Part shown: one piece after another, positions 50,808-64,000 of the stretch | Layout: every line of letters starts with the position of its first letter | Position numbering within the stretch: the first letter of the stretch is position 1 | Origin: Dimorphilus gyrociliatus | Taxonomy: Eukaryota; Animalia; Annelida | Direction of reading: 5' to 3' | Assembly: GCA_904063045.1 (NCBI GenBank) | Contig: CAJFCJ010000070.1 | Coordinates: forward strand, 29,473 to 93,472 | Length of the DNA stretch: 64,000 nt | Made by a program: the position numbers and the translations under genes | Notes under the pieces: model-generated | The model's input: only the letters and a program-made list of their open reading frames with translations | Database searches by the model: none | Told to the model about the DNA's origin: nothing

Positions 50808-53800
50808 ATGATAATGTCTAGGGAATTTATCATTTATCTTATCTTTTTCATAATTTCAGATGTACATTTACAATGTAGATTTAGCAATGACGAATATTTC
50901 TCATCGTATTTAGACCAAAAGCACGTAACGTATCACATGAAACCATTAATTGATAACGAAATATTTTCTTATGGTAAAATCTATTTACAAACTAAATATG
51001 GAAATGATAAATATAATCTTGCTTTTGGGATTAATATTGGAGAGGAACAGCATAAAGAACTTTGCAGGATGCTTGGATATGATGATTTTCATTTTGTAGC
51101 TCACGTTTGTGACCCAGAAAATGGTTCTTAAATATATAAAATAATAACTGAAATACGATTAATTGACTAAGCAATTAAATTTAACATTCAGATTTTTTAT
51201 CATTAATACCAATAGAAAAATCGGGAAAGTATTTTTTGTAAGAAAAATCTCCCTCTAGTGGCCATTTCCTATTTTACTAAAATATTTGAATTTTACATCA
51301 TAGACAAGTGTTATCGACAAAGAAATACGTTGGTTCATTTTGTTTAAAGTGCTTCAAAATGAATTCGACGAGTCAGAACAAAACTACAAACATTTTATAT
51401 TTTTTTTAAATTGGTGTTTTTTTTTCTTTCTTCTTCTTTTACAGTTTTCTTTTCTGCAAAAAATGAAAAAAAGGAAATTTATAAAATCTATATGAGATTT
51501 AGAGGAGAAAATTTTCATATTTTAAAAAAGAAATCAACAAAGAAAAGAGAAATTTGCAAGAAAAGTGAATTTTATAAAGATAAATCAACTTTGCTAAAAT
51601 TAAATATAAGATATAAAATTCTATTAAACATTCATAAAAATGAGACAATTGAATGGAAATTTATTGTCAAGGATTTAAAATCAACGACACCTGACTCTGA
51701 AAGTGTTGAATGCACTAAAAAGGAATTGAATGGTTCATTTTATTGAATAAAATTCTACAAGTTTACATTGAAATTACTTATCCAGATTTCATTTTGATTA
51801 AAATGTCGCCATTTTTAAAGAAATATCTATTCTTTCAAAATCTTAATAAAATGACTGCATACTTGATTTTATCCAAGACTCATGGATATTTACCATTAAT
51901 CTTTCATTCTGTTGGAGAAAGTCTAATATCGAAATTGATTTGTGCAATTGATGGAAAAGTTGAAATTCCCAATTATCAAGAGAAGATAACAGTTTCCAAG
52001 ACTATTGTAGATAAATAATCATCATTTTTTAATTAGAATAACAACACGCTTCTTTCCAAGAAATCAACTCGAAAATTAAAAAAACTGTCCACTTGCCCTC
52101 AATTGGGCTATTCGTGGGAAAAGAGAAAAGCGCCAATGTTTATAAATTGTAGATGGGACAAGGATTTTTTCAACAGTTGTGTAGAAGTAGAATTCCTGAA
52201 AGGAATAGTGATAGCATCACAGTGTACTTCCGGAGTTTTGGGTAAGCAATTATCAACCCTTTTTTTTCTCTTTAACTAATGTCAAAAGCTTTTAAGATTA
52301 TGAATTTATTATGGTTGGAGCCGGCGAAAATGCATTGCGCAAAACAACAAAGGGAATAATGAAATCGTTAAAAGAGTTTAAAGGCTTAGTCCTAATCTAT
52401 TACCAAAACGACTGGTATAGTATTAAACCAAGCAAATTAAAAACTTACGAAGTGTTGAATATTTGTAAATATTTTGGATTTAAAACTGGTACATTGGAAA
52501 AACATACACAATATTCTTCTTTTAATAGCGATTTGAAATTTTCAATGCAATGTCAAAATCCATTTAATTTATCAAAATGCAATTTTACTTTCACCAAACC
52601 AACAATATTCAAGTTTGTAGTTATTTAATTTTTGAACATTTTACACATACACACAAACACACGCAATTTCTAATAGATTTGCATATCCATTTTTTTATCA
52701 AACTGTTTTAAACTGCAAAGATACTTCCGGTATTTAGTTAATAATTGTAATTCATCTAGTAGATTATTGGTATTCTATCTAGATGTCCAATGCTTAAAAC
52801 CAAATACGTATAGTGTTCAGGATGGTTGTTACATACACATTGAATATGAAAAAAGCGTCTCAATAAATAGAGCGTCGATGGAGTGCGAAAAGAGAAATGG
52901 ATCGCTGTTCTACATTTCAAAAGGCGAATTTAAATTCTTTTCCACTAATAGAGAAATTAAGGAAACACCATTTAGAGTGTCTCTAAGAGAGGTTCCAGGA
53001 AGTACTGCTACTATTTGATTAATAGACAATTTGATGCTTATTATCCCTTTTACTCTTTCTATAGAATTAAAAGTAGTTAAAGACATAAATGAGAGAGATA
53101 TTCTCGTCTATGACGACAGAAAGCCATACGAATTCTATGGATATACAACCGATTCAAAATCACAGTAGAATCACATAGAATTGGAGATGGAAGATTTCTT
53201 TCCAAGTTTTCACTCCAGAATACTTTACTCTCGTTTATTTCATCCAACTGCCCTTCGAAATTGAAAGAAAATCTTCCATGGCCATCTAAATGTAGACTTT
53301 TGTCATTCAAGTTTTTTAAATTGTTTGTAGATTGTTGGAAAAATGCTTCAAGAAGTTTGCAGCGCTAAATGTGAACAATAACTTTCATAAGGATACTATC
53401 GGAAGATGTTTCTATATGAAACCTGTAAGAGGTTACGCAAATCCAGATTATTTAGTTGTTCCTACAGACTGCCATCTTAATCTCTTTGTTGACAACTTTT
53501 GCAAAGTTCCTTGTACGAAAATGATAAATTAGAAAATGTTTAGATAGAAAACATTAAACATTTCTCTTCTCTTTCCACTCAAGACGACTATAAATTTTCA
53601 TTAACGACCGAATTGGAGAATAAAGAATTTAAAAAGTGTCCTAAAACGTTCTTTCATTGTTTCCATAGTAATTTGTGCATTAATTTCATAAATGTCTGTG
53701 ATGGTGTGAAAGATTGTTGGTTGGGTGAGGATGAGATCAATTGTACTCTTTTTCAACAGTTATTCTTTTGTGATACGAACAATTCAATACCAATTCAATT

Positions 53801-56591
53801 GGTTTGCGATCACGTTAACGATTGCTTAAATAAATTAGATGAAATCAATTGCGGTTAGTAAGCTAATTTTTGTTACCAGTTTTGTCCAAATTAAGTTTTG
53901 TCCAAATATTTTAGAAGCTAAAGCCTGTTCAAAGGGGAAAATGTATGAAGTAGTCCATATAAATATATTGCAGAAAATATTCAATTGACAGTATAGTCAA
54001 ATAATCTTCTCATCTTTCGATTGATGTCTATTAGTGTCATCTATGAATATTTTCTGCTAAATTCTTTAATTGTATAAAGAAACATGCTATATTCAGTAAT
54101 AATTCAACGAAATGCAGGTGTGACAATAGGCAATGTCTAGATGAAAAATACTTTTGCGATGAAGAGAAAAACTGCTATGATGAAAGTGATGAGAAATGCT
54201 CAATTCAGAGTCTGTCAAGAGGGAAAACTGGTAAAAATAGACATATTTCTTAAATATAAATATATTCCCCATCAAGAAAATGTTCCTTTTCTACTTCTGA
54301 TAGATTGCGAGAAATATAATAAATTTGAATGCGATAATAAATGTTTGTCAAAGGGGAAATTGTGCGATAAACAATTCAATTGTATTGATGGGAAAGATGA
54401 AGATTATGGTTATTGTAAGTCTGTTGGCATCACTCAATCAAATGAATGTTTAATATTTGCAAATGCAAAATTAAAAATGAAATGCGAAATTGTTTATACC
54501 TCCATGGGTAACCTTTTAACAAAAGTTCATTTCCCGTTTAGTAGTCTAACGCATTGCAAGAGAAAGTCTTGTAAAGTTGGACAATATCTCTGCAAGTATG
54601 CCGGATATTGTATATCAATTAAACAAGTTTGTGATGGAATTGTCCATTGTCAGTATCACGACGATGAATACGATTGCGGTAGTAAAAGAGAAAAAGAAAC
54701 CAAAAACTACTTTAAATTCTAATTTTATAAATAAAATTTCTTAGATCAATTTAGACCAAATGGATATTTGAAATGTAGACAACAAAACTTGTATATTCCA
54801 TTCAGTGATGTCTGTAATGGAAAAATTGACTGTTTGAAGGGAACTGATGAACTCTATTGTCATTTAAATAGAACTTATTCAACAAATTGCCATTTGCTAA
54901 ACTTTTATACAATTCAATGTTCATTTGGCAAAAGTGTTTTTCACAGAAATGCAATTGACAGCTATAAATCAGCCAAAATTTCAATTAATGATGACACTAT
55001 TAATAAGAAGAAAACGCAAATTGAATCCATATATTCAATAGTTTCTTTAACGTTACATAATTCTTCTATAACAAATTTCAAAATTTCAAAAATCTTCCCA
55101 AATGTTGCTATTCTTTTAATAAGAAATTATAAATTATTGAATATGACGTCATTTTTTTCAAATCCTATAAAAAATTTACAAAACTTGAAAATTATAAATT
55201 CAAAATTGATTGTAAATTCAAAAAGTAGATTAAAAAGTGCATATAATTTATTAGCACTTAATATCTCACTATCAGATATATCATATTTAAATAGAAATTT
55301 ATTTAGCGATTGTAAAAATCTGATTGAAATCATTATTGATAAATCAAATATTTTTGATTTTCATCAATTTACATTTGGGATTTTGAATAATCTTCGAAAT
55401 CTTTCGCTAAGAAACACCGATTTACCTTTAAAGTATAAAAGTAGCCTTATAAAGCCTTTGCAATCTCTTGAGCAATTGTATAGTCAATATTTTTCCTTTT
55501 GTTGTTTTGCCTGGAAATATTCAAAAAGGATTAAACAGTGTTATCCATCAACTGCAACTTTCAGTTCATGTTCGGATCTTTTAGCTTCTAAACCCATGGA
55601 AGCAACTCTATGGATTTTAGCAATAACTGGATTTATCGAGAATTTCTTTTCTATTTTCTATAGATTAGTTATATATAAGAAGAGGGAAGGAAAAGATCTC
55701 TTTCATCTAAGTCTATCATTTGCCGATTTGTGTACATCGTGCTATCTAATTGCAGTTGGAAGTGTTTCCTCTTACTTTAAAGGAAATTATATAGAGAACG
55801 ATTATAATTGGAGAAACAGCGTGTCCTGTACAATAATTGGATGGTTTTGCAGTTGGTCAATTTTAGTGTCAATAATGAGTTTGTTAATGATTACAATAGA
55901 AAGAACTATGAAAATTTACAGTCCAATGAAGAATTCATTCTCATTTTTCCAGTCTTCCTCTATAGTTATTGTTATTTTTCTATGTTCAGCTCTGATTTCA
56001 TCTATTCCAATCTTTATTTACTCAGTTAGTATTGAAATGGAAGGTGGATAGATCTTTAATGAACAATTAAAAAAAAATTACCTAGACATATTATTCTAAA
56101 AGTCCAGTTTGTTTTACACTACACATAACAAGTGATAAGATAGAAGGATGGAAATTTTCATTTATAATCTTTGGATTATCCATTTCAATTATTTGTTTGA
56201 TTATATTATTTTTATATCTGAATATCTGGAAAAAAATTCAATATTCAAAAAATTTCATGAAGAAAGACAAATTTAAAAATCAACAGAAAACTTTTAAGTT
56301 AAATGTATTTTTAATAGTAATATCGAGTTTTATATGTTGGTTCCCTGTATCTGTTTTAGGTCATTTAATACCATAGTAATTGACTTTTAATACTCAACAG
56401 CAATTTATCATTTTGCAGGAGTTTATTCAGCATATTTCAACTTTTCCATTAATACAGATGTCTACGCGGCAATTGTTATTATCATTTTGCCAATGAATTC
56501 TGTTATCAATCCCTTAATCTATACATTTAGAGATTTAAAATTGTTCCTTGTCAACAGAAGAGCAAAGCAAAAGGAACTATTGTACGAATAA
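50808..56591 (+). CDS. GRL101-like / relaxin-receptor-like (LGR type C) GPCR: SRCR-like, C-type lectin-like, about 6 LDLa, LRRs, 7TM; multi-exon
   Basis: LDLa repeats 53613-54870 (e.g. VCDGVKDCWLGEDEINC); LRRs ~55000-55470; hinge FSFCCFA..CYP..FSSCSDLL; TMs with LSFADL, IERT, CWFP, NSVINPLIY; stop 56589-56591. Linkage of the signal-peptide/SRCR-like exons at 50808-52620 is inferred. Confidence 0.85.
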
Positions 56592-59500
56592 TTCATTCTC
56601 TCTTCATTGGTTGTAATTTTATTTTTGTTTGATGTGTCTTGCAGAAAAAAAGAGGTTTATAAAGAGTGCAATAAAAAATTAACACAAAGTACAAAAGAAT
56701 ATTAATTTAAAAATTGAAAATACAATATTTTTAAATATACATATATAAATTTCTGTTACCAGTTTTCGAATTTATGAAATTCAATGAGAATTGCTTAACG
56801 ATGAACAAACTCTTCTCAACTATTAGTGACTTTGATAAGGCAAACAATTTCTATAAATTAGAAAATATGTTTAGAATTGTGAAAGATATTTCAAATATTT
56901 TGAAAATGAGTCACAAGTTTGATATTTCCTATAATGGTTTAATAAATTGTCAAACAATCTACATATTTGTAAGTAGATTTGAAATATAGATTTATGATAA
57001 TATTGACTAGTCTTTTTCTCTTTAAATAGACTAGGCAAGAAAGAAAAAAGTATAGTTTGTCAACTAAAAACTTTGCAATAGCAAATGAGGAAAATGTAAT
57101 GAATGATATACAGGCTTTAGGCTTTCTTACTAAGAAATTAATTCAACAAAGAACAATTGTTTTAAGTAAAAACTAGCAAGTTTCATTCGGAATATTGCAG
57201 TATTGCAGATTATCATATGCTATTTGAAATAATATAATTAGAGTAGAGAAAAGATTTCTTTAAAATAAAATGTCAAAATTACTTTCGAATTTATATTTAA
57301 AAAAGTCAACTGTCTTCTCAGTTTCTTTGTGATGAGACAATTGTCCAGTTTGTCCAGCCAGTATAACTTTTAAATAAAATATCCTGTCTCTTTTATAAAA
57401 TAAACTATTTTTACTGAATAAATACAACCTAGTAATTGACCTTAGCTTGTATAAGTAGCTTTCATACAAATATATTTGGGAATGATTGATTAGTTTTTGC
57501 ATTCTCAATATTAATGTCAAATTCACAATATAAGACATAGAGTGAAGGAAATCATAGAATAATTTGAATAAATCAGGTATCAACATCTCTTTTCTATCAC
57601 AGCAGCTTGGAACAATAAACCTACATTTTCATAAAAAGCAGCATCAGAGATAAAATAGCCTGCATATATTGACACTTTCATTAGATATTATTGGAAGTGC
57701 TGGCCCAGTTTAGGTTCAACCCTTCTAACTATTATGGAATTTTTAGGTTTTATTATTGTCTCTTCAACTTTACTGTTTAAAATGTTGAATTTCCGATATC
57801 TCCAGTTTTAATATTTCCCAGGTTGCAGAGTATGTTACTAAGTAAAATTTATGAATTAACTCTATAAAAGAAAATCTAGTTTTAAAGAAGTACCACTTTG
57901 ACCGAGATATTATTATAAAAATAAAGGGAATTCTTTTGAAAATTGCCAAGAATGTCATAAATTAATATATTTAAACATGGCAGACTTGTTCAAAAACTTG
58001 AATGTGTTTCTTATATTAAGTCTATTGAAATAAATATTCCAAATTATTCCCTGTAACTTCCATAAAGGCAGAACCATTTTTGAGTGGTACAGATAAGTAT
58101 GGTAGGGATCAAAATAAAATTCCTACTATCCAGATACAACAAAGTACAAGCAGTATGTGTAATTTATCAGACTCGTTGTTGCATTTATACAGCTTATGTT
58201 TTAATGTAATTCTTTCCAATTCTGTTAAATATTACATTTAGTATTTCTATTAATAAAAATGATATTTTACCATAAAAAAGAATCCAATTAAACATTAAAC
58301 TATATTTTGCAAAGTACATTGAAAACTCTATTTAAATATTCATAAATTTCTACAACATTTTGAATATCAATTTTGAATAAAGTTAACTTAAATTTCTGAC
58401 AATTTTCTTTCATTTCTGAAATTGTAAAATATTGATTGAATGTTTAAAGTAATAAAGAACATTTTGAAAAATATCACAATACCCATTAAAATATTCAAAA
58501 GTTGGATATTGTCTTTGATTAGAACGTTCAATAATGGAGGTTATATCTTCAATAAACTGTAAATGTCATTTTTTATTAATCATTTAGAGAGAGAGAGCAA
58601 ACAGACAACATTACATTCTTCTATATTACATGTTATAAAAATCAACACACTGTATAAAAAAATCTATTAGTTTTGCAACATTTTGGCACATTATATAAAA
58701 TTTGAAAACACCAAATTCATTTTTTCATATTTTATACTAGAATATATTGAATGTTTAAATCCAAATTGTTGACAAACAATTCAATGTTCTCTATGTTTAA
58801 TATCAATTATATTTTCCCATCTGCTATTATGAAATACTTGTAATAAACCCACAAAATTTTCAAATGAATTATTCAATTTTTTTGAAATTTTTCATTTTTG
58901 CTTAACAGACAATTCTTTTCACCTTATTTTTTTGGGACAAAACTGGAATTATTTAATTTAAAAACCCTTTGTTTTACAACAAAACAGTATTCAAAACTAA
59001 TTACTTTGTAAAAAAAAGAATGAAATCATCGGATGAGGATGAATAGTCAATAGATCTGTTTAGGAGTTTTTCATTCATATTTTATAAAATATTATATAGT
59101 ATTAAGATATCAAGAATATTACTTGCATCGAGAATCATCATTGCATAGTTCAAGACATTCCTCTAATAATATTAAAATCTTACTAATGAATGTACTTCCA
59201 AGAATTTGCTGATTTTCTATTTTGATATATTAACATGCTAAAAATTTTAAGTAATTTAATCCTTTTAGAGAGAGAGAGAGAGAGGGTAGAGAGAGGAAGA
59301 TGTTGTATTAAAACTTACTGCAAATCCCTTGAATTATCAATTGATAAAACGTTATCTGATCCATTAAAATTTAATAAAATACATTCAAGTTTATCGTTCA
59401 AAATGATGATTGAACTGCTTAATGCAGGAGAGATAGAATTTAATAGCGTTCTATTGAAAAGGAAGAACAACTTTCTTGCAATTTGTAGAAACTTCATTCT

Positions 59501-62500
59501 CCTCTTTGAGAATGTAGGAAATAAAGTTTAGTTCCTAGTTTTATAAGATATTTAATATATAGGTCATATCCGTTAATTATTGAAATAGATGCTTTGGAAA
59601 AGAGTTAAATATTTTCTTTATAGCAATTAAAACTACAGTCCCAATAAGAAATCACTGCCAGGTTTCTTCATAGAGTGGAAAGAGTGAATTATTTAACTAT
59701 CAGGACTTGCTTAATTAACTCTTTTTGTTTGGAATGAAGGACAATTTATTAATACAACCGAATTTATAGATAGACCTCATTAAAAAATTTTTCTTACTCT
59801 ACAGTAATTTTTATTCACAAATTTTTAACCAGGGAGAAAAATTTTCAAAAATCAAGTCTGTTCCAGTAAGAGGAATTGTTTGCAATTTGAAATTTGTCAA
59901 TTTGGTAAATGTAGATGTAATTTACATTATGGACAAGATTTCTGTGATAATAGTAGTACAGAGTTACATTTTAGCCTATTGTTATAAAGAGTTTTATTGC
60001 AAAAGTTTAAGGTTTGCATATACTTTTTAATAAAAATGCAGAGCAAGAAATTACAACTTTTAAAAAATATTTAAATCAACCAGTCTATCCAACGATTGCT
60101 GTTCAAAGAAATTGTAGTTATTATACAACAAGGTTCTGTTGAACATCAATCAGTAAATCATGTGAAATGTCATTTAATGGGCAATTGTGAGCTTAATTGT
60201 GAGCTTCTATCTGCATAAAACCAGACCTTTGAAAACAAATAAGGAAACACCCATATCCAGACTTGTAACAATAAAATCCAGAATTACATTTTGATGTTGT
60301 AATTGATGAATCTCTGTAGAATATTTTTTGTTTTTATATTTTGAGTGTTTAATTTAATAAAATACTTTTACTTCAAATTCTAAGAAGAGAATTTTGAGGA
60401 ATATCACAAGGATTGCCATAAAAACAAAGTGATAATTGTCAAACAAGTTTTAAAGAGAAAAACTTGAAAGAGAAGGTTGTTCATTGTGACAATTAAGAAT
60501 CAGCAATATTTTTTGTCCTTTTTTATTGTTGAAAATTCCATTCAACAAAATATATGCAGTTTTTTCAAGTTTTTGCTTAGATATTTAGTAGTGTAGATAA
60601 AATTATAATAAAATTTTGTATATTTGTAATGTATTGCTTTGTAAATGAAAAAAGAGAGAGAAAAGAGCCAATATATATTTTTAATTTGATTTTCTTAAAT
60701 ACGCCTCTATTTGCAAAGATTTCCTAATTGTTTATCCAAACAGTTGCACATCATGGTTAATTTGATCCTTTCAGAAGACAACAAGATATTTAACATGAAT
60801 ATAAAATTTGTTTTTCTATAAAACAAAATTAATCTTTAAAGTTTTGAAAGTTAAAGATTTTGTTGTAGTTTGAAAAAATTGAAAAACTGACCATTGTCAT
60901 CCAATTGTCTTTGTATTTCCTACTTTAATATTTACACAAATTGGTAGTTTTTTTAATAATTCTATTAAAAAAACGATATTTATAGATATTCATAAACAAA
61001 ACTCACAAAAATTGCAAACTTTAAAATAAAAGAGTGGAAAAAAGGAAAAGAATATTAAAGGAATAATAATTGCTCCTAGTGTGTAAGTAACAACTTATTT
61101 TCTGAAGATTAATTGCATTGGGTAAATGACAATGTAATATCTTTCAACAGTTATTATCAATAGGCTAAATAGTCCCATAATTATGGATAAAAAACATACT
61201 CACTGCCCAAATTTGAACTTTCGGAAAAAACACAAAGATTTTTCTTTAATGAATGTTTAAAGTTAGTATTAGAATTGCTGTAAAACACAGCTAAGAATTA
61301 GGAGTGTTAATTTCTCTTTTAATTATCATTTTGAAATATGCATCTTTTTTCAATTCACCATGATTATTGATATCATCGTCAGTGTCATCACTATCATAAT
61401 TTACAATTCTTTTTTTCTGTCTCATCTTCAGTATCTCCCTTTTCATCATAACTCTCCTCATCTTCTTCAACTTGTTCTTCTTTCACCTTTCTAACATCTC
61501 CCTCAGTTTTGCTAACTTACATTTCAATATATTGAACATCATCATCATCTTCTTCAAGTTTTTCTTTTTCTTCTTTTACCAAATTGTTGTTTTGCTCTTA
61601 AGATTCTTGTTCCATTTCTTCTAAATCAATAATCTTGTCATTTTTTTTAGCTATATGTAGGTGATTATGAAATTATCTTTCTTCCAGTCTTACTATTGGT
61701 AGATTTTGAGAGAGTAGTGAATTATACGAGACTATTCAAAGCTATTCATTATATTCATTATCTGACACAAAGATAATTCATCTGTTAAGAAACAATAATA
61801 TAGAATTAATGGAAAAAAAACATCTTAAAGCTCCTGAAAAAGAAGAAATTTCAGAAGATGGGTCTAGGGTCAGACAACTTGAAATAGAACATAGAAAAAT
61901 ATAAGGAAATGAAAAAGCAAAATCTATTTTAGACAATTTTAAGATGGATATAGCTTCAAAGGAATTTTAAAAACAACTGAAGGAAGAGCAAGATAAAAGG
62001 AAACTACTTGAAGAAAGATTAAGAGAAGAGGAGAGTAGAAGGAGGCCATTTGAAGAGAAACGAGCAGAAGAGGAAGAGCTGCTAAAGGCCAGAAAAAGAG
62101 CAAATACGAGAAAAGAAAGAGAGAGAGTGAGAAAAAGAATATGAATAAGATAGGAGAAAGGAAGAAGAGAAAAATGAAATATGAAACAAGAAAGCAGCCA
62201 ACTGTTTGCTCCGATTAAAAAATAAATATTTCCCTTTAGAAATCCTAAATAATTGTAATTTTCTTATTTTATCTGTTAAGGGAGTGGTTGATTTTTGACA
62301 GGTAACTCTTTCTATCTCTTTCTATCTACCTCTCTAGCTCTATTTCTATTTATTAACTTTCAAAGGGAGAGAGAATAAAGGCTGTGGAAGATTATACAGA
62401 ATTTATAAGAAGCTGTTTTTGATCCCAAGGTAGGGGGAGCAAGTGAAAACTAAACTATAAAATACAGCAACTATTGCAGTTTAAATATTTAAACAATCGC

Positions 62501-62781
62501 TATTCCATCGGAGTTATCTAATTGTCTAAATAAGTGTGAAGACGACAAAGAAAGATAAATTCAATAATTTATCAGAGTGATAAATGGGAAATTAATATAA
62601 AAAAGCTAATAATGTATTATCTTTCTCGATTTATTGTTTCATCTTGTTTTGCTGCAACAGCAATCCGTCCAGACTTTTATTTTACTGTGAGTTCAACCAC
62701 TGGTTGAACACAGACACAAAGAGTCATTTTTGACAAGCTATATACAATGTTATATAAAGAAGAGAACGGTTACGATCGATA

Positions 62782-63768
62782 TCAAGTCAAATTTTGAATT
62801 TCACAAACTTCAATATCGTTTGACAAAGTTGTCCATAGAGAAACATATATATATCTTGAATAACTACTGCAAGTGAAAGATGTCGGCGTATCTTGATTAC
62901 ACAAGCTTATCTTTCCAATAGAAGTGTTCACATAAGGATGAATTTCAAAAACGCTCTCTTTTCCAATGGTGAAATTTATCTTTTCAGTATAGTCGAGTTT
63001 TAATTTGACAAATTTAGTTTTAAATTTAATACAAGTAGTTGAGTCGTTATCGTTTAAAAATGACGAATTGTAATTCTTACAGTAAGAATTCAATATTAAC
63101 GGACTTTTAAGTTTTAATATCATGGAACAACTAAGTGGACCGATATGATGTTTTGCATATTCTTGTCCGCCATTAATATCACCATACCTTGTCTGTATAA
63201 GTGGTAATCTGTGAGGTAACACTGAAATTTCACCAGACAGATCATAACTTTGACTATATCCTTGATTTTTTCCAACGTTTTTGCAGTTCTCCATACGATT
63301 TTGCAGTTTATCACAAATTTCGCTTGTTAAACATTGACATATGCCATCATTAAAATGACGTAATTTGTACACTTTTCCATCCAAAAATGTAAATGAGATA
63401 AATTTATCATGAACATTTCGCAGAGTAAGAGACATTTGTTGAGAACAAATTCCAGAACTTTTAATAAGGACTCTTAATTCTGTATTTGTTAAATTTGCGT
63501 ATTTGATTTTGATTGATAAAGTGCCAGACTGTACAGTTAAACGTTTGTTTTGTTCAACATCATTTCCAATTTCCGTTATAATTTCATCTTCAGCAGTTAA
63601 AGAACAAGTTATACCAGCTATCGTTCCATTAGGTACGGGCTGAATTGAATACATCGAATCTATAAAATTATTCGATTCAAGAGCGTCCTTGCAATTTCGG
63701 TAAATTGATTCCAAGTTTGAAAATTTAACTGATCCAAGCAGATTTAGAATTATAAGAAAGTAAATCAT
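62782..63768 (-). CDS. Single-exon secreted protein: CASPR/neurexin-IV-type fibrinogen-like domain plus C-terminal galactose-binding-like domain
   Basis: Signal MIYFLIILNLLGSV; YRNCKD..YSIQP..ITCS; CSQQMSL; CQC..C..CKN; LP..RYGD..HIGPLSC; ends SRYIYVSL..IEVCEI. Confidence 0.7.
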   Translation of the reverse strand: MIYFLIILNLLGSVKFSNLESIYRNCKDALESNNFIDSMYSIQPVPNGTIAGITCSLTAEDEIITEIGNDVEQNKRLTVQSGTLSIKIKYANLTNTELRVLIKSSGICSQQMSLTLRNVHDKFISFTFLDGKVYKLRHFNDGICQCLTSEICDKLQNRMENCKNVGKNQGYSQSYDLSGEISVLPHRLPLIQTRYGDINGGQEYAKHHIGPLSCSMILKLKSPLILNSYCKNYNSSFLNDNDSTTCIKFKTKFVKLKLDYTEKINFTIGKESVFEIHPYVNTSIGKISLCNQDTPTSFTCSSYSRYIYVSLWTTLSNDIEVCEIQNLT

Positions 63769-64000
63769 ATTTTCAGCTAGGAAAAGAGAAGAGAGAGATA
63801 AAAGTAATGAGACAACTGTAAAAAAGATATTCAGCTTTCATTCAATATTTAAAAACTATATCAATAAATAAAATTTGAGATTTAATAATGTATTTTTCTG
63901 TATTTATCGCTTTAGATTAAATTTTTCCATAAAATGCCAAAAACAAAATAATTAATGATCTATCTGCCTTTCCTAGAGAGCATCTTACAAATGAAAATCT

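Noticed and set aside
53077-53310. Minus-strand 77-aa ORF inside the GPCR gene
   Set aside because: Overlaps a probable plus-strand exon/intron; no motif or splice support.
59265-59295. (GA)n microsatellites (also ~43995, ~58585) and (TA)n at ~40920
   Set aside because: Ordinary simple repeats.
57600-60500. Faint LINE-like traces and short ORFs
   Set aside because: No convincing motif; treated as degraded intergenic DNA.
61300-62200. Glu/Lys/Arg-rich coiled-coil-like frames (also 45000-45330)
   Set aside because: Many stops and low complexity; cannot assign to a gene or element.

Overview
AT-rich eukaryotic (animal) scaffold with spliceosomal introns of ~50-75 nt and three N gaps. The lumbrokinase-like protease and compact introns suggest a small-genome annelid such as Dimorphilus (inference, unverified). 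No prokaryotic features, RNA genes or CRISPR arrays. 1-5 kb: part of a large extracellular beta-helix/C-type lectin/EGF/PSI gene. 7-28 kb: rearranged locus with three copies of an atypical DNase I-family gene (one +, two -). The two minus copies lie in an ~8 kb tandem duplication that also carries a Mutator (MULE) insertion, a Gypsy fragment and a ribonuclease-inhibitor-type LRR gene. By eye, the DNase paralogues differ almost only at amino-acid-changing positions while their introns are nearly identical; this is the strongest signal in the window. The rest holds lectin-like, PAN, CUB and CASPR-like genes, a serine protease plus a truncated copy, a GRL101-like LDLa-LRR GPCR, and many MULE, mariner and LINE relics. 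Many 1-nt homopolymer indels look like assembly errors, so frameshift calls are provisional.
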